Below are positions 61,783 to 64,000 of a stretch of 64,000 nucleotides of DNA, one piece after another. The translations under genes and the position numbers were made by a program. The notes under the pieces were generated by a model. That model ran no database searches and was not told where the DNA came from. It saw only the letters and a list, made by a program, of their open reading frames with translations. The DNA is from Takakia lepidozioides. Its lineage: Eukaryota; Plantae; Bryophyta. The DNA is taken from positions 50,592,001 through 50,656,000 of the forward strand of contig CM060732.1 in assembly GCA_030704615.1 (NCBI GenBank), in the 5' to 3' direction. Numbering within the stretch: the first letter of the stretch is position 1; each line of letters starts with the position of its first letter.

Positions 61783-63165
61783 CAGGGCCGAGTCTGATGA
61801 GAGGGCAAAACAGGCTGAATAGGTCCAAGAAGAACCTGTGCCCTCACCACACTGTCCTTGATCTTGGTCATGACCCATGGAGGATTTGACCGACAAAAGG
61901 ACCTCTTGTGTGTGATGCTTGTGTCTGTAGTCAAGTAATGTCGGATTGGTCAGTGAGAACCTGCACCACGGTGCAGCTGAGCAGGCAGACATTGAAACAC
62001 GGCCTGCTAAGACCAAGCTGACTCTCCCAAGAACCTTATAAACATTAGGAAGAATATCAAATCATGGTACTAACAGGAGCCAACAACCCACATTTGCAGG
62101 ATGGACAAACTTCTTCACATCATACATTAAGAAAAAGCCACACTTTGCGATTGCGGTTGTCGCCCCTCGAAGGATCTTTAAAAAGCTCATGCCAGCTCTG
62201 TTCAATGATCAAATTCAGGCTGAGTCTGATGAGAGGGCAAAACAGGCTGAAATAGGTCCAAGAAGAAGGTGCCCTCACCACATTGTCCTCGACCTTGTGT
62301 CATGACCCATGGAGGATTTGACTGAACATGAACCCAAGATGACCTCTAGTATGTGCTGCTTGTGTCTGTAGTTAGGTAATGTCGGATTGGTCAGTGAGAA
62401 CTTGCACCACAGTGCAGCTGAGCAGGCAGAGATTGAAACACGGCCTACTAAGACCAAGCTAACTCTCCCAAGAACCTTGTAAACATCAGGAAGAATATCA
62501 AATCATGGTACTAACAGGAGCCAACAACCCACATTTGCAGGATGGACAAACTTCTTCACATCATACATTAAGAAAAAGCCACACTTTGCGATTGCGGTTG
62601 TCGCACCCTCGTGAAGGATCTTTAAAAAGCTCATGCCAGCTCTGTTCAATGATTCAAATTCAGGGCTGAGTCTGATGAGAGGGCAAAACAGGCTGAAATA
62701 GGTCCAAGAAGAAGGTGCCCTCACCACATTGTCCTCGACCTTGTGTCATGACCCATGAAGGATTTGACTGAACATGAACCCAAGATGACCTCTAGTGTGT
62801 GCTGCTTGTGTCTGTAGTTAGGTAATGTCGGATTGGTCAATGAGAACCACCACGGTGCAGCTGAGTGGGCAGAGATTGAAACACGGCCTACTAAGACCAA
62901 GCTAACTCTCCCAAGAACCTTGTAAACATCAGGAAAAATACCAAATCATGGTACTAACAGGAGCCGACAACCCACATTTGCAGGATGGACAAACTTCTTC
63001 ACATCGTACATTAAGAAAAAGCCACACCTTGCGATTGCGGTTGTCCCACCATCGTGAAGGATCTTTTAGAAACTCATGCCAGCTCTGCTCCGTGCTGTAA
63101 AATCAGGGCCGGACGGGTAGAGATTGAAACACAGCCTGCTAAGACGAAGCTGACTCTCCCAAGAA
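61783..63165. repeat. Tandem repeat of about 3 units of 435-445 bp plus a partial unit
   Basis: Units begin at about 61783, 62216 and 62661 (GAGTCTGATGAGAGGGCAAAACAGGCTGAA). GATTGAAACAC..CCT.CTAAGAC.AAGCT recurs a fourth time at about 63122. Confidence 0.93.
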
Positions 63166-63289
63166 CGGCGGGCTCCCAGCCGAAACCTCCTCGCACACAT
63201 ACCCTAGCGTTTCTAGGGTTGCTTGCTCCAGATGCGAAGGTTGATCCAACTGCGGGCCTCCCATGCATGTTTGCCCTCTCTCCCGCTCG

Positions 63290-63500
63290 CTCGCTCTAAG
63301 TCCCAACCCTCTCCCTCTCTCCCTCCCGCTCGCTCTAAGTCTGTTCACGCTACCGTGATGGGCAACTTTTTAAGTTTTTTAACCTTTTTGTAAACCCTAA
63401 AAGCCCCTCTTTGATTTTTTATTTATATTTTCTTTTCTTAAAGGAAACCACAGGCCCTTGAGGAGGGGGGAAAATTCACCCGCCTTCATTTATGGGCCAT
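63290..63500 (-). promoter_or_regulatory. Possible housekeeping-type promoter with a telo-box and a site II element
   Basis: AAACCCTAA at 63392-63400, TGGGCC at 63493 and a GA-rich leader-like tract at 63270-63340. Motif evidence only. Confidence 0.3.
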
Positions 63501-64000
63501 AAGATGTACAGGATGATCAACGCCCAGACATACCGTCACGAACAATCCCACACACGGGATAAGGCAGTGGGTTTGAACCCCAAACCGACACACTGTGCAC
63601 TTACCAGCCGATGTGTTTTTTTTTTTTTTTAAATTGCATTTTGTTTTTGTTTTTTGTTTTTTTTAATTCATTCTAGTGGTCAGAGTCTCCGGTTTTTCAA
63701 AATATAAATACTCATATATTATACATATAACCAGAAAAGCATGTGTCGACACGTGCAGTCATGTAGTGATTCATCCATGTGATGATCTGGCAGAATGCAT
63801 TAGAGCGAGAGTCATGAAGTCATATGTCTTTCTAGCAATATACACACGTCATTCCAGTGTAGCCATGACCGTGACTGGTAGTCATATCTGCCATGCCAAT
63901 ATTGGTCAAATGTGTTTGACCTGTGTTGCGCAGAGTCCGGAGCTATGCAGTTGCATATTCGCCTTCCCCAGACCTGCATTATGACTTCAAAAGCATTTTA

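Noticed and set aside
61790-62720. Hammerhead ribozyme or retrozyme: CTGATGA...GAAA in units 2 and 3 of the 440-bp repeat (unit 1 reads GAAT)
   Set aside because: The sequence between the core motifs (GAGGGCAAAACAGGCT) cannot form stem II, and the best stem I/III pairing leaves four extra A residues at the cleavage site. An Infernal search with hammerhead models would settle it.

Overview
Gene-dense nuclear DNA from a land plant, most likely a non-flowering lineage (bryophyte, lycophyte or fern grade). That placement is inferred from GT-AG spliced genes, PLS/DYW PPR genes and a nuclear plastid-type murF. Apparently intact genes, in order: the 3' part of BRF1 (TFIIIB), a plastid RBD1-type rubredoxin (splice model uncertain) head-to-head with a beta-hydroxyacid (HIBADH-like) dehydrogenase, murF, an unusual 121-aa metallothionein with a triplicated C-terminal Cys domain, EYA phosphatase, an F-box/kelch gene, a glutamate formiminotransferase-like gene and NKAP/MAS2. 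Between them is a local rearrangement hotspot. It holds four decayed PLS-PPR loci (one with a DYW domain), a GH3 genomic fragment inserted antisense inside a PPR gene, an ANKZF1/Vms1 fragment and an internally inverted NKAP copy. It also holds three pairs of inverted duplications, LINE 3' ends sitting in (TC)n microsatellites, a decayed MULE/SWIM transposase and several tandem repeats. All calls come from reading and hand-splicing the sequence; no database searches were run.
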